Assembly (NCBI RefSeq): GCF_001194135.2
Contig: NC_068983.1
Location: forward strand, 369,792-415,100
From: Octopus bimaculoides
Lineage: Eukaryota
Length of the DNA stretch: 45,309 nt
Direction of reading: 5' to 3'
Shown: positions 20,262 to 32,535 of the stretch, piece after piece
Layout of the letters: each line of letters opens with the position of its first letter
Position numbering within the stretch: the stretch's first letter is position 1
The notes under the pieces: generated by a model
The model's input: only the letters and a program-made list of their open reading frames with translations
Told to the model about the DNA's origin: nothing
The model's database searches: none
Made by a program: the position numbers and the translations under genes

Positions 20262-23036
20262 CTGAAATTTACTTTAGGGTTTGATGAGAGAAAATATCGT
20301 TTTAAATTAATTCAGCGTGTAACGGACAAAATATCTTAATTCAAAGAAATTTCCATCTAACATTTCCCATAGCATCCTGAAATCCAGTTAAATCCTCAAT
20401 ATTTTAAACTCGGATATTGGTAAATAGTTCTCCAGAAACACAATGGCTTCTGGGATTTCAGTGTTTGACGATTGTCTCGTTAATAGATTTTATTTAAACA
20501 TTCTGGAGCCGAAATTATAAACCCCTTTCAAAACCATTTAAACTCTCACTTTGAATGAGAATCGAATTTAATTATCGAGATAAGGAAAATTGTATGAAGT
20601 CTTGTTGAAATAAGTGAAGTTTTTTAAAACTTGGCATTCGTTAACAAAAAATTGTGAAATGGTAATTCAATGTGAAATTGCAAATAAGGGAACTGAACTC
20701 CATTAATAATACATTGAAAGAATTCTGTAATCAAGAATTATGGAGAGAAATGGAGAAAAAAAGGGAGCATCTTATGAATTTCGCTATTTTCATTATAATA
20801 TATCATTAAAATAAAATAAATATGAAATTGCTACAAGAAAAAAATATTTTTTAAAACGAAACTATTTCATGGGAAAGGGAAGTGGCTGACATTTTAAAAT
20901 ATGGCAGTAGCCTTAAATGTAATCAGTTGACATTGAATTTCACAGGTTAATATAACTGCACTTCATTTATGTCTATTCACGCCAACAGATATTTTAGCAC
21001 ATCATAATGAACTCTATTCCATTTCTCAGTTATGGAAATAATTCCACGGCATTTTAACAAAGAACTCGTCATGGTTTACGCAAACAAACCGCAAAAAATA
21101 TTGTGATATAAATTTTTCTAGAGTAATTTTAGTTATTTAATATAAAATATTTTCTTCGGAATTCAGCAAATTTGATTAATGCAAATAGTTTGGAAGAGGC
21201 CACAGATGGGTGATGCTTTGTTTTGATGCATACAAAAGCATCTTTGTAACTTTATTCATGAAGAATATTCTCTGATAATGAACTTTTCTTGGTTGATCTT
21301 AGATAATTTTCCAATTTATAAGAAATAAGTGTAACCAGTGTAAAGCTGTGATTTTGAACGGCACAACACATCGCTGATGTGGCAAGTCACAGAGCCAATC
21401 TTGTGGAATGGTTTCTATTCCTGGGTTAATATAATTCCTAATACTGTTTGGGTATCTTAATGGTATAAATCACTTAATGTAGCGGTTGATAATCAAACAG
21501 ATGAAAGTGAGGAGAGAAAGACAAGGGAGGGGAAAACATGGGAGGGAGGGTGGGAAACAGGAGGGAGAGATATAAGGAGAGAGAGGTAGAGGAGGAGCAG
21601 TGGATTGAGAGAGGTGGGTAGAGGCAGAAATAGAATGATGGGGGGGGGAGAGAACAGAAGGAAGAAAGGAATATTCTTGCAATTATAAAAAATGGAATGA
21701 GCTGCACTGTAATATATTTCTTTATATTAATCTGTCTGTAATAAGTTTATAGAAGACATCGGAAGTTATCAATTAGTAACAGACTGTAATTAGTCGAGGT
21801 TACTTATAGAATGGTCAACACGAAAAGGTACAATAATACTTTACCTAAATGGTAGTTGAGTCCCAGGTCTGCTTCCCTCAAACAAAACTACAATTGAAGT
21901 GATTCTAGCTATGATATTCGATTCCGACATAATGCATCTAGAATAACATAATTCAATGTACTTTATTTGGCAGAAGAGTTGGCTATTATTTCTAGCTGAT
22001 CGGACAACTCAAACCTTACGAAGAAGTAATATTTTATGCTAGAGAAGGTAATTATAGTGTTTTGAATTGAAATAATATATAAACTGAAGTAGGGGAATGG
22101 ACCAGTATGTGAAAAACCTTCAAAATGGTCACCACATTCACACAAAAATATTTATATAATCTACTATACAGAGCATTTACTATACAGAGGATGCTGTAGC
22201 GGTACAATAATTTGGCAAATTTATATACCACGCCATGTGTCTCCAAGCAATCTTTCAGGTTCAGTGTATACCGCAAAACCTATTTGAAAACCAGGACGCT
22301 TTTCTAAGAGAAAACACAAGAAAAACCAGAGGAAAATCGCGAAGAAGGTTGATGCATAAAGTGGAACAATAAGAAAGAAAAGAAAACAAAAATCTGTAGA
22401 GGTTTATCTGCAGAAATCTTAATTAATCTCGCTGGTGCAGAGTAATATAACGGAGAGAGGGTCAGAGTGTGTGAGACTGCTATTTAATCTGGAGATGGTG
22501 GTCGCCTTCACTTCGACCAATGATTTTTATTCATGTGCTTGCGTTTGGTAAACATTTCGGATCTGGAAATAAATTTTTGGTGGAATTCTTGGACCTAAAA
22601 AGAGTATGTGATATTTCAGGTATGCATTACTTGCATATTTTGGTGTAGACAGAAAAAGAAGAGGCGAAAAGGAAAGGGAAAAATCTCCTCCTATTAAGTG
22701 AAGAGAGCGTAGAAGGGGTGGTGGCTTTATGCTTGGTGTTGAAAGTATGAAAGAGGGACAGGATCAGGTGCGTTAGAGTAAGAAGAGATACATGATTAAT
22801 ACAACTCACATAGGGTTGAGTAGCGGTAGTTGCGAATTAGATATGATAGAGTCAAGGTGTAGGGGTGGTGAGAAGGGAGATGTAGGACCTATAAGGGTGG
22901 CTACAATGAGTGGGACGTGATGGCATAAATGAGAGGGGAAGAGAAAGAGATAACTGAAGGCACAGATTGATGGTGATTGGTGAAAATAGTGTGAGTTGTA
23001 AAGGGAGATAATGGGAGAGGAGATAACTGGTGATGC

Positions 23037-23090
<54 letters not shown>

Positions 23091-23243
23091 GCAGGTGTAA
23101 CTGTGTGGTGATAAATTTGCTTCTCAACCACATGGTTCCGAGTTCAGTCCCACTTCTTGACCCCATAAGTCTTTTACTATAGACTCAGGCCGACCAAACT
23201 CTTGTGACTGGATTCGGCTGATATAAAGTGAAAGAAGCCTCTC

Positions 23244-23245
<2 letters not shown>
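23091..23245 (+). mobile_element. SINE family C, 5' part
   Basis: gcaggtgtaactgtgtgg...ggttccgagttcagtccc (B-box-like)...ggccgaccaaactcttgtgactggatt; followed by (TA)n. Confidence 0.75.
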
Positions 23246-23282
<37 letters not shown>

Positions 23283-23427
23283 CACACATAGGCTTCAGAA
23301 TTACTGTATGTAGTATTTTGACCAAAGTTGATTTCTTAGATATTTCTTTAGACCGAAACTCACGCTCTTCTCATAAACCCTAAAATAAACCGAATGAGAA
23401 ACTGACGCATAGACATAAACAGCTCTG

Positions 23428-23498
<71 letters not shown>

Positions 23499-23579
23499 CC
23501 ACTATGGTGTTTAAAAAGCTCGAAAGCTAACATCAGTAGTAGAATACCTCGTCTATCCTCTTCAGAAGAAATATTTGAT

Positions 23580-24175
23580 ATAGCAGCCCAGCCCACTACG
23601 ATAACAATGCCTTAGATGACAGCAGCTTCAATGATAAGGTATCATATAATTCTTCAGTTAAAAATACGAAGCTTTAAAATAGATGAAGCAAAATAATTTT
23701 GTTGTTCCCTCACCTTTCTCCTTAAATGTTAAAGCTAACATAAGAAACATGGTATTGTTTAATGAGCACCTCCCTGTAAACCACAAATACATAAAGATTC
23801 TTAATAGACGATCGATAAAAATTTCCTCGAGCTGCTGCCCCAATATGAAGGACATTATCACTCGCATGTCACACCAAGAGCCCACTCCCAGTTGTAACTG
23901 TCGAGATCCTGAAGTTTGCCCGCTCGATCAGGCATCCATGATAAACTCAGTTATCTATGAAACCGAAGTTACACTAGTGCTCTAAGATAACGTAATCGAG
24001 CAGAAATTTTATGTCGTCGGTTTATGCGAAGACGATTTTAAAAGCCGTTATGCAAACCACCAGCCTTCTTTCCGACACATTGATAAAAAATAAAGCTGCT
24101 AAGTTGGCTTGCCATGTATAGGATCTTAAGTGCGACTGCACACCACATACAATCAAGTGGAGAATCATTTAAGTA
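23580..24175 (+). mobile_element. Penelope-like retroelement remnant (RT-EN linker and GIY-YIG endonuclease)
   Basis: PSPFSLNVKANI...KILNRRSIKISSSCCPNMKDII...CNCRDPEVCPLD...SVIYETEV, then (frameshifted) GLCEDDFKSRYANHQPSF...IKWRII: the CNCR...CPL and GIY-YIG pattern of PLEs. Confidence 0.85.
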
Positions 24176-24221
24176 AAATTATATTAATGTGTCCAACTCA
24201 TTAAAAATGTCTAGTTATTTA

Positions 24222-24307
24222 TGCAGCTGAGGATAGTCCTGCATTTACATTGTTGTAATGATTAGATTGTTCAATTAAATGGAGCCACTTGAAACGGTCG
24301 TACTGCA
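24222..24307 (+). ncRNA. Type I minimal hammerhead-ribozyme motif downstream of the Penelope endonuclease
   Basis: tgcag [CTGAGGA] tagtcc...ggagccactt [GAAAC] ggtc [GTA] ctgca: 5-bp stem I, canonical core, GUA site at 24300-24302; stem II imperfect. Confidence 0.7.
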
Positions 24308-25262
24308 GCGCCTCTTGATATCCTGTTGCTTATTTTGATTATATATATGCATCTGGCTATGGCAGTGTTAAGACGTAGTACACTAAATTCTTAAATAATA
24401 AAAAAAGGAGAGGAGAAATACTGGACTAAAGGCTGACAACATAAAAACAGACAATATTTTGCTCTGCTAAACGTTATCTCTTAGATTATATTAAGTATGC
24501 ATTAATAGATTATCTGTAGAAATACAGAGTGTTGCCACCCGAAACATGCTGTGACCTTGTGGGTAGCAGAATAGTATGAAAGGAAGCAAATGTTCGATTT
24601 TTGGCGTTTTGACAGATTTAACAAAGAGAAAGCATTAGAAGCTGAAAAGATTAAAGAAAAAATCATTTCATAAATGGAAAAATCGATATTTTTTGAAGAC
24701 TTTTGTTTATTATGTTTTGCAATAAAACTGCATTATAGATGCCAGCAGGGATAGCGACTCGAACATCTAATCAATTGTTTTAATAAACGAAACGAAAAGA
24801 GCTAAAACAAAACAAAAAACAAAACACACCATTACTTGTATAAAATCAGTGGAAGTCATCTGTTGACGACAGCAGTAGAAACAGTAGATTGTCTCTGTGT
24901 GGTTGATATAACTGGTATTGTGTAGTACAGGTGAAACTGCTATAGAAACGACTAGATTATAACAGAGATGATAATATATCAAACATAAGTAACGGCAGCT
25001 TTCATTGACTCCATCTTATATAAGTTGACAAAAAATTCAAATATCTAAAGAAATATGCGCATGCGCATACGTTTGTTTTGCGATAAGTGATTTGGCAAAG
25101 CTTAGCAGTTTATGTAAAATGACAGCTTTTCAATACGTTAGTACGAGCACGTAACTATCTATATATGTGTACGCCGTTAAGCATATTTGAAAACTCACAC
25201 GCACACACATCCCGTACGCATACACACACACACATACACGTATGTATATAAGTATGTGTATG

Positions 25263-25305
<43 letters not shown>

Positions 25306-25689
25306 CTCCAGCATATTGAATATATATCTTCAAGTTGAATTTCTGTTTCCTTTATAAATACTTTGCAGTTTTAATAATTTTTTAAACAATTATTTAACAA
25401 CTCTATTTGCAATCATTGTCCAAATGTAACAAGTGAGATTAGATATTTATCAGCAGGCGAAACTGCGATCTTATTGCCTCTCAAAATCTAGCTTCAGTTT
25501 TGTAGATTTATTTGCTATGGCAACGCTTTTCAAAGTGCGAAGCAAAGGCAAGCATATGTAGTTGGGAAGTTCGATTCACAACTTCGTGCGTTGAGCATCC
25601 GTTAACATAATATAGTCTGAACAGAAATATGTAAAGCCATTGTTCTGATGACAAAAATAGTATTTAGAAGCTGTTATAGAATTATGAGA

Positions 25690-26720
25690 TGCTTAGCTAC
25701 TGAATTAAGATATTTAGCTAGTATTTGATAGAGTTAATGTATTTAACTACAATTTTATAGGGTCAACGTGTTGCATAGTGTTAAGATGTTTAATTATTCT
25801 TTCATAGTATTACGACGTTTAGTTGCTGTTTAATAGTGTTGATGGGTTTATTGTTTTATAGGGCTTTCCTATAAGGTGTTATCCACCCCTGATTGGAACT
25901 CTCCCGTATGACATGTACGCATGCTCAGTGACTTGCTTTAACAGTTGCAATCAGCTGAATGCACATTGCCAGTGACATTTGACATAATTACCCACACTCT
26001 GTGGTCAGGATTCTTTTTTTGGTTTGATGTCGGTATCGAAGGGATTACCAGACACTGGACAATACAGTGAGAGCAGCTTTCACTCACATTGTGGTATTCG
26101 ATGCTGTGTACGTGTCTGTCGTGGTAAAATATGCCACTCCTTAACTGTTGCTTTGATTTCATCCGTAGCACGAGGTAATTATGTCCTTATCTGTGAAATT
26201 CGGCAACTTACAAAGTTCTTTAGATCAGGCAATACTTCACCGAGAGGAGATATAAGCTTCTGCTTATTCCTGTCTGAAGTATCGTCCGATACTTCAGGCT
26301 TATCGTCCGATGAATTTACTTTGTTGACATTCTTCATCGACAAAATTTTTATTCTTCAACCTTTCAGTCAAGTTCGCCTTTCTTCCAGTAATATACTGTC
26401 CATATAATCTTAAATATTCCTTTAACTCAGGCACAGTAAGTACTTCGATAGCTGAATCATCAAGCTGCTTTATATCCATGATAAGACGTAAAACAATAAC
26501 AATGGCGTGGGTTAGCCTCCGGAAGTTTAATTATCTACATGGAGCGCCGCCTAGCCAAGGGAGATAACCTACTTATAGGAAAGCCCTATAGTGTTCAGAT
26601 GTTTAGTTACCGTTTTGTAGAATTCGGATGTTTAGTTATTGCTTTATAGTGTTAAGGTGTTTTGTTGCTGTTCTTTAATTGCTAAGGTGTTTAGTTATTC
26701 TGTTATAGAGTTCAATTACT
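25690..26720. repeat. Degenerate ~30-bp minisatellite (consensus near tatagtgttaaggtgtttagttactgtttt), split by a TIR element
   Basis: Units visible at ~25690-25860 and 26587-26720. Confidence 0.65.
25860..26587 (-). mobile_element. Non-autonomous TIR DNA transposon with SAP+SWIM pseudogene (ISL2EU/IS4EU-like)
   Basis: Left agggctttcctataag and right cttataggaaagccct are perfect inverted repeats with tata on both outer sides (AT or TA TSD). Minus ORF from 26479 MDIKQLDDSAIEVLTVPELKEYLRLYGQYITGRKANLTERLK (SAP-like), later PDHRVWVIMSNVTGNVHSADCNC (start of SWIM-like finger). Confidence 0.8.
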
Positions 26721-27926
26721 CTTTTGTAGCTGGAAGATGATCAGCTAATCTTTTACACTAATGATATATTTAGCAACTCTTTTTTTTAGTGTTTAGGTCT
26801 TGATATTTGCTGCGTGGAGTGGAGGAATGAATTGTTTGGAAATAAGTTTGTTTAGTGATTGTTTTATTATGTTATGCTGTTTTATCTCCAATTTTGTAGA
26901 GTTACTGTGCTTATAAAGTTGATATTTACTAGTCTATGACAGTTTCTGCTCGATGTTTAAATTCGTTTCCAATAACTGACAAAGGAAGGTAACGTAGTAG
27001 AAATTGTTACTAACACATGAAATTCCAGGAGTAGAATTCATAGTTTTGGCGTAGAAAAGCTTCCATATTTGGTCATTTTGTTTTATAAACGTTGAATTTC
27101 CTTTCACAAGGAGGCAATGACTATGAAACGTGAATAGTGCTGGAAAAGATGCAAAGAGAGGATTGCAACGAGAGGAAAGGCAGACAGTTTGTGAAAGATT
27201 TCAATTTCGAAGTGGAGGCATCTTTCACCATCGGTATCCATGGTGATACAATAACCATAATTTATACTCATTACTATAAATTATGGTCAAAGGCTGCCAC
27301 CTTTTATTCCTTCTCATAAAAGTTACCAATTTCTTAAAAGCATGTAAAATGTTTCTTGGGGCTAACAAGGAAGTTCAATAAGCACCAAAAGTCCGGTTCT
27401 GCTCAGTCGCTAACGAGAGGGCATGTGGGGATCATGAACTTTACCAACTGGTTTCAATTGCTAACGGAGTCTAATCAAATCCTGATAAGTTATAGAACAA
27501 TATTAATTACAAAGTAGCCTTGGATATTGACCAGTTGAGTCTTTGCAGCTCTTTGTTTGACAGCCGTCCACAAAGACGAAGAAGAAACCAGAAGAAGAGC
27601 AATAACCGAGTTGTTAATTTTTAGCTGGAATGAGCGGAACCAGTAGAACGTCGCCTCACTTCCCACTACAGCCAATATTTTTGATTGCAAACAGGAAAGG
27701 GAGTATTCCAGTGGTTCTACTATAGAAATACTGCTACCATCTCATCTGATGTGACAAATTAACGCCATCATTCCAATCAAAATTCTCCAAACTAAAACAG
27801 AATGTTCAGTGAAATTATTTCATGGCTGTTTTAGTGTGTGTGTGTGTGTGTGTGAGTGTGTGGTGCTCAGGCGTAGTATTTCGCTGTATTTGTCAAAGTA
27901 AAACCACCTGTTCTACACGCGAGCGC

Positions 27927-27989
<63 letters not shown>

Positions 27990-28139
27990 CACATAATATC
28001 ATTGCAAAGTCTGTTAAGTACTGGGTTAAAGTAGAGGTAACCTAAAAGTTATCTGCTCTTTAGTGTAGCTTCCGGGAGTATCAATATTTATCATCGTTGA
28101 AGCAGTAAACGTAGTATTTCAATGTCATCATCGTCATTG

Positions 28140-28895
28140 TAATGTTCGTTGCTAACATATTGCATCATCAAATTATTGTCTGTTGCTAACATATTGCAAC
28201 AAAGTGTTTCTGTCTGTTGCCAATATATTTCAATACATAAGACGGTGTGCTGGCAGAAACGTTACCCCGCCGGGCGAAATGCTCAGTGGTACTTCGTCTG
28301 CCGTTACGTTCTGAGTTCAAATTCCACCGAGGTCGACTTCGCCTTACATCCTTTCGGGGTCGATAAATTAAGTACCAGTTACGCACTGGGGTCTATGTAA
28401 TCGACTTAATCCCTTTGTCTGTCCTTGTTTGTCCCCTCTATGTTTAGCCCCTTGTGGGCATTAAAGAAATAAGAAACGTTAGCACGCCGGGTGAAATGTT
28501 TAGCAGTATTTCTTCTGTCTTTACGTTCTGCGTTCAAATTCCGCCGAGGTCGACTTCGCCTTTCATCTTTTCGGGGTCGATAAATTAAGTACCAGTTGGC
28601 GTACTGGGGATCGATCTAATCGACTGGACCCCTTCCCCAAAAATGTCTGGCCTTGTGCCTAGAGTAGAAAAGAATATATTCCAACACCAATATATTGGTG
28701 CCTGCTAATAGCGTATTCCGCCCTCATCCCTGTCATGTTGATGTTTATTGCTAAAATGTTGCAACATCTTGCATCTGTTGCTAATATATTCCAGTCATAC
28801 AATTGTCCGTTTCTAATATATTTCAGTGCCATGTTATTGCCTGTTGCTAACACATTCCAAATGTCATCAACTACAAGTTGCTGTCCGTTGCTAAT
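28140..28895. repeat. Degenerate minisatellite (core tgtctgttgctaa(c/t)atatt) split by a SINE pair
   Basis: Core recurs at 28140-28240 and 28676-28895. Confidence 0.6.
28247..28675 (+). mobile_element. Head-to-tail dimer of family A SINEs with different 3' tails
   Basis: Monomer 1 (28247-28472) ends ccctttgtctgtcc...gggcattaaagaaataa; monomer 2 (28473-28675) ends ggccttgtgcctagagtagaaaag; shared body. Confidence 0.88.
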
Positions 28896-29869
28896 ACTAT
28901 GAAAAACTGGTTTAAGACAAAATGAATTAAAATTGATGAGTCTTCAATATTGAGCCATAATTAATGCTGCAGTAATTAGCCATTCTTTTGAGACGATATT
29001 AGAAACTGATATTTCTATAATTAGAAGGCGAGAGTTTTAGACATTGGACGTTATTGGTGGATCCCATCTCAGAGCTAGACGTTAATAATTCTACAGAATG
29101 AATTGTGGTATTATGGAGAAAAACCCGAATTGGTTGATTAAAAACATTTTCAACCGAAAAGAGAATTATATATATACAAAAAAAAGACAAACTAATTTTC
29201 CCAAAATAACACAATTTCATTTATCACTAGACATTATCAAAATTGACATCACTCACGCGCATATATATAGACAAACACACACATACACACAAACAAACAT
29301 ATGTATACACACAAAACACATATAAATACACACAAACATACATATATATAGACACAAACACACATATTCACACACAAAATACGTTTTATAGTTTATATGT
29401 TTGAGAAATAATTTCAAAGTTGTTTTACGATTTCATGCAAAGAATATTGTTATATTATGGATCTTAGATGTAAACCCATATCATTTTTACATTGTATATA
29501 CCAATACATTTTGACTTGGTATTATAACAGTTGTTTTGAGAGCAAAACCAATCGATTAAATCAATCACTCTACATTATTGGTATTTCTTTAATCAATCTA
29601 AAATGTACGAAAATGTTTATTCGAGTGAGATTTTCTTCTATAATTATAAAGGTTTTAGCTATTGCAACACACTTCACCCGACACTCTAATATTTACGTCC
29701 ATCGTGTCCTTGTAGCTTACAAATATATTTAGAAAACTTGGACGAAAATGTTTTCTTTAGAATATTTGTAACATAGGAAAAGTGTTAATTATTACTTAAC
29801 AAGATAAATAAGACCAGTACAGTTGTGATGTTGTTAATTAATTAGCTATGACACAGATTGTAGTCAGGG

Positions 29870-30385
29870 GTCTCCAGGAGAAAAAGCGCACCGTTTCGGG
29901 GCCTTCCTCTCGACGGTTTTACAGTGTACCGGCTGCACTCATTAATATGAGGCTCCACCTACTGGTCCCACTGACTGGTATTCGACCTTAAGTTCATTTC
30001 GGACCCCTCCAATCAGGTTTCGTCATTCCCAATCAACGATATCCAATAGCTGTTCTCTCAATTGTCAAGTGGATCTCTTTCAAGATGGCGTTCGTTTGAC
30101 GATGTTGGACACCAATTGATAACAGCCACCGTTTCAGTCTGGTTCCAATAAAACCCCTACATCCAACTTCAACAGGAAAGTGTATTACACTTCAAATAGC
30201 ATCGATACAATTTTCAAGAAGCATCTCATAACGTCTTTCCTAATATTGTCTTCATGTGGAACAGCTTATTCATCCTGGTGATATTGTCACATCATGCTTC
30301 TTCCTTGTTGATACTGGAAAGAGACGTTCACACCCTAAAAGATCCGCTACCACCTCCTAAACTCAATCGCCAATCGTTGATGGCT
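29870..30385 (-). mobile_element. Hero/NeSL-like RLE LINE 3' remnant
   Basis: Minus strand AVPHEDNI...RYEMLLENC...FPVEVGCRGFIGTRLKRWLLSIG resembles the ELTVP.E...PVEVGCRGF C-terminus of Hero-type elements. Confidence 0.7.
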
Positions 30386-30734
30386 TACTCCTGTTTTGGG
30401 TAACTGTCTTGACCTTGGTAGTGATATTGTTAATTAACCGTTGACCTACTACTGTAAATTAATAAGAAAAACCTTGCAGTCTATTGCCGTTTCAGTCAAT
30501 TGTTCTGTTTTCCTTACAAAACTTTAGCCTTACAAGATCTCTCATTTATGCAAGCATTGCAAATTCTTTTAGTATTTTCGATATGACCAAATCCGCATCA
30601 AAGATGTTTGGTTCTTTGGGTTAAGTTTCTGGAATATTTCACCAGTGTCTCTGAGAAAATTCCTCTCTGACGACCCTTATCATACTCGATTATCATCAGA
30701 AGTCAATCTTAATAGTGCAAAAAAAGAAAACACC

Positions 30735-31135
30735 CACCCCGTTCACGTCATTGAAAATAAAGTCGAATATGAGTGTTTCGAAAATGGGATCAAAAAGCTT
30801 CCTTGGCCGAGCCAATCTCCTGACATGAACCCAATTAAAGATCTTTGGAACATACTAGATAGAGCTATGCGAAAAGCTCGACAGAAACCTAAATTTAAAC
30901 ATGAATTGTTTCGATTGTTGCGTGAAAAGTGGGCAGAAATTCCACAAGAGACAATCACAAAGCTCACCACTTCAATGCCAAAAAGAGTTTCTGAATTAAA
31001 AACTGCAAAGGGAATGTCAACTAAATACTAAAGTATGTAGTCCTACCTATCGATTGCATTTGAATTGTTCGCTTTGCATATTAAATAAAAGATTTTGAAA
31101 ATTAAAGGTGTGTATTTACTTCCCGCATGTCTGTG
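30735..31135 (+). mobile_element. Tc1-family transposase C-terminal remnant and right end
   Basis: FENGIKKLPWPSQSPDMNPIKDLW...W.EIP...SMPKR...KG..TKY* (stop 31031); the catalytic E of NPIE is replaced by K; probable terminus ...ctgtg|ta at 31135. Confidence 0.88.
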
Positions 31136-31169
31136 TATATGTATGTCTGTGTATATGTTTGTGTGCTTG

Positions 31170-31365
31170 TGTTTGTCCCCCCTACAACATCGCTTGTCAA
31201 CCAATGCTGGTGCGTTTATGCCCCATAACTTAGCGGTTCAGCAAAAGAGCCCGACAGAATAACTATTAGGCTTAAAAAGAATGAGACCTGGTCTCGATTT
31301 CCTCGACTAAAGGCGGTGCTCCAGCATGGCTGCAGTCAAATGACTGAAGCAAGTAAAAGAATGAA
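31170..31365 (+). mobile_element. SINE 3' half (probably family C)
   Basis: gtttgtccccc...aacttagcggttcagcaaaagag...ggcggtgctccagcatggctgcagtcaaatgactgaagcaagtaaaaga, recognised as a recurrent octopus-type SINE tail. Confidence 0.65.
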
Positions 31366-32351
31366 ATAATATGTATAATATCGACCGCGAGAATGAGTGC
31401 TCAACGCCGTATTGGTGGATAGATATTGTTTATTTGTGTGCTAACAAGGCTACCATTAGTTTCATGTTGAAACTCTGAACATGAGACGAATGTTAGCCTT
31501 GTTAAGCTACCATTAAATTAATAGTGGAGCTGATCAATGAATAACCATAACAATGCATTTTCCTGTTGGAAAAACCGGTTAAAAGTTCTGTCGTCGGGTT
31601 GTAGTCAATAGAAGGGCCCAATATCAGGTTGGATTGATCTGGATTGATATAATGGCTTGGAATATGTCCAGAAACCTAATTAAATGAATAAAACAGAAAC
31701 ATCTGGAGAATGTTTTTGTATGGAAATATGGAAATATTTTGCTTCGATTTACAACAGAGATGCGGCTCAAATACAGTCACGTGATCTAATGACCCGATTA
31801 AAAGGATGCCTGATAGAAATAACGATAAAAACATTCAAGAAGTGTAGGACATATTTCGTCTCATAACAGTTCTTGTTGCTATCGAAGAAAATAGACTTTA
31901 ATTCAGAGAAAAAAATTTAGATGTTTTGGTGAATTTACCATTAAGAGAAGAGAATCACTTCTAAGTTAAATTTAAGGTGAAGAATATGCATAATTAATTT
32001 TTGTTTTTCCATAGAAAGTATCGTATTTTTAATGCTTTTGTTAAGAGGGAGAGATGGGATAATCAAGTTAGCAGCTTCTCTGATATTAGCGACAATAAAA
32101 TAGGAACGTGTAACTTACTGAGAGAGAGGCAAAATCTTCTATTCTATTTGTACTGTTGTAACGGGAATAGTACAGTAGCGCCGATAATAATACTGTAAGA
32201 AGAGTATAGTACAGTACCTTACAGCAGTGTAGTATAAACTACCCATGGCACTCACAAATAAGTATGACTTTGTAGCATGTACTTTGCCTTCACTAATTAC
32301 TTAAGGTACCAGTATAGACAAGAACGGACATAAATAACATGGCGAACTTAC

Positions 32352-32377
32352 CACTTTTCATTCAATGGCAGATGTGA
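32352..32377 (-). CDS. Candidate 26-nt micro-exon
   Basis: Minus strand gctgacgtagctctctcccttgtgcag|tcacatctgccattgaatgaaaagtg|gtaagt: branch-like site, polypyrimidine tract and strong donor; only frame 0 is open (SHLPLNEK). Confidence 0.3.
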
Positions 32378-32419
32378 CTGCACAAGGGAGAGAGCTACGT
32401 CAGCATTAGACTGGGATTT

Positions 32420-32535
32420 ATTAAAGCCGAATAGATTGGAACGACATGAAATGAAGTGTTTTGTTGAAAGATATAGTGCACTACCCGGTCCAGGAATCGA
32501 TCGTCGAACTTATAAGGTGAATACCCTAACCACTA
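32420..32535 (-). mobile_element. Decayed family B SINE head
   Basis: gaaatgaagtgttttgttgaaag...cccggtccaggaatcga...ctaaccact parallels 9165-9260. Confidence 0.6.

Noticed and set aside
25690-28895. Spaced ~30-bp repeats as a CRISPR array
   Set aside because: Repeats are degenerate and contiguous, with no unique spacers and no cas genes; the context is eukaryotic.
29875-29945. Hairpin accgt...cgaaacggt in the Hero-like 3' UTR as a ribozyme
   Set aside because: GAAAC is present but there is no core heptamer or NUH/stem I arrangement.
30645-31031. ORF 30645..31031 as an intact 128-aa gene
   Set aside because: Only the last ~95 codons are Tc1-like; the N-terminal domains are missing and the catalytic E is mutated.
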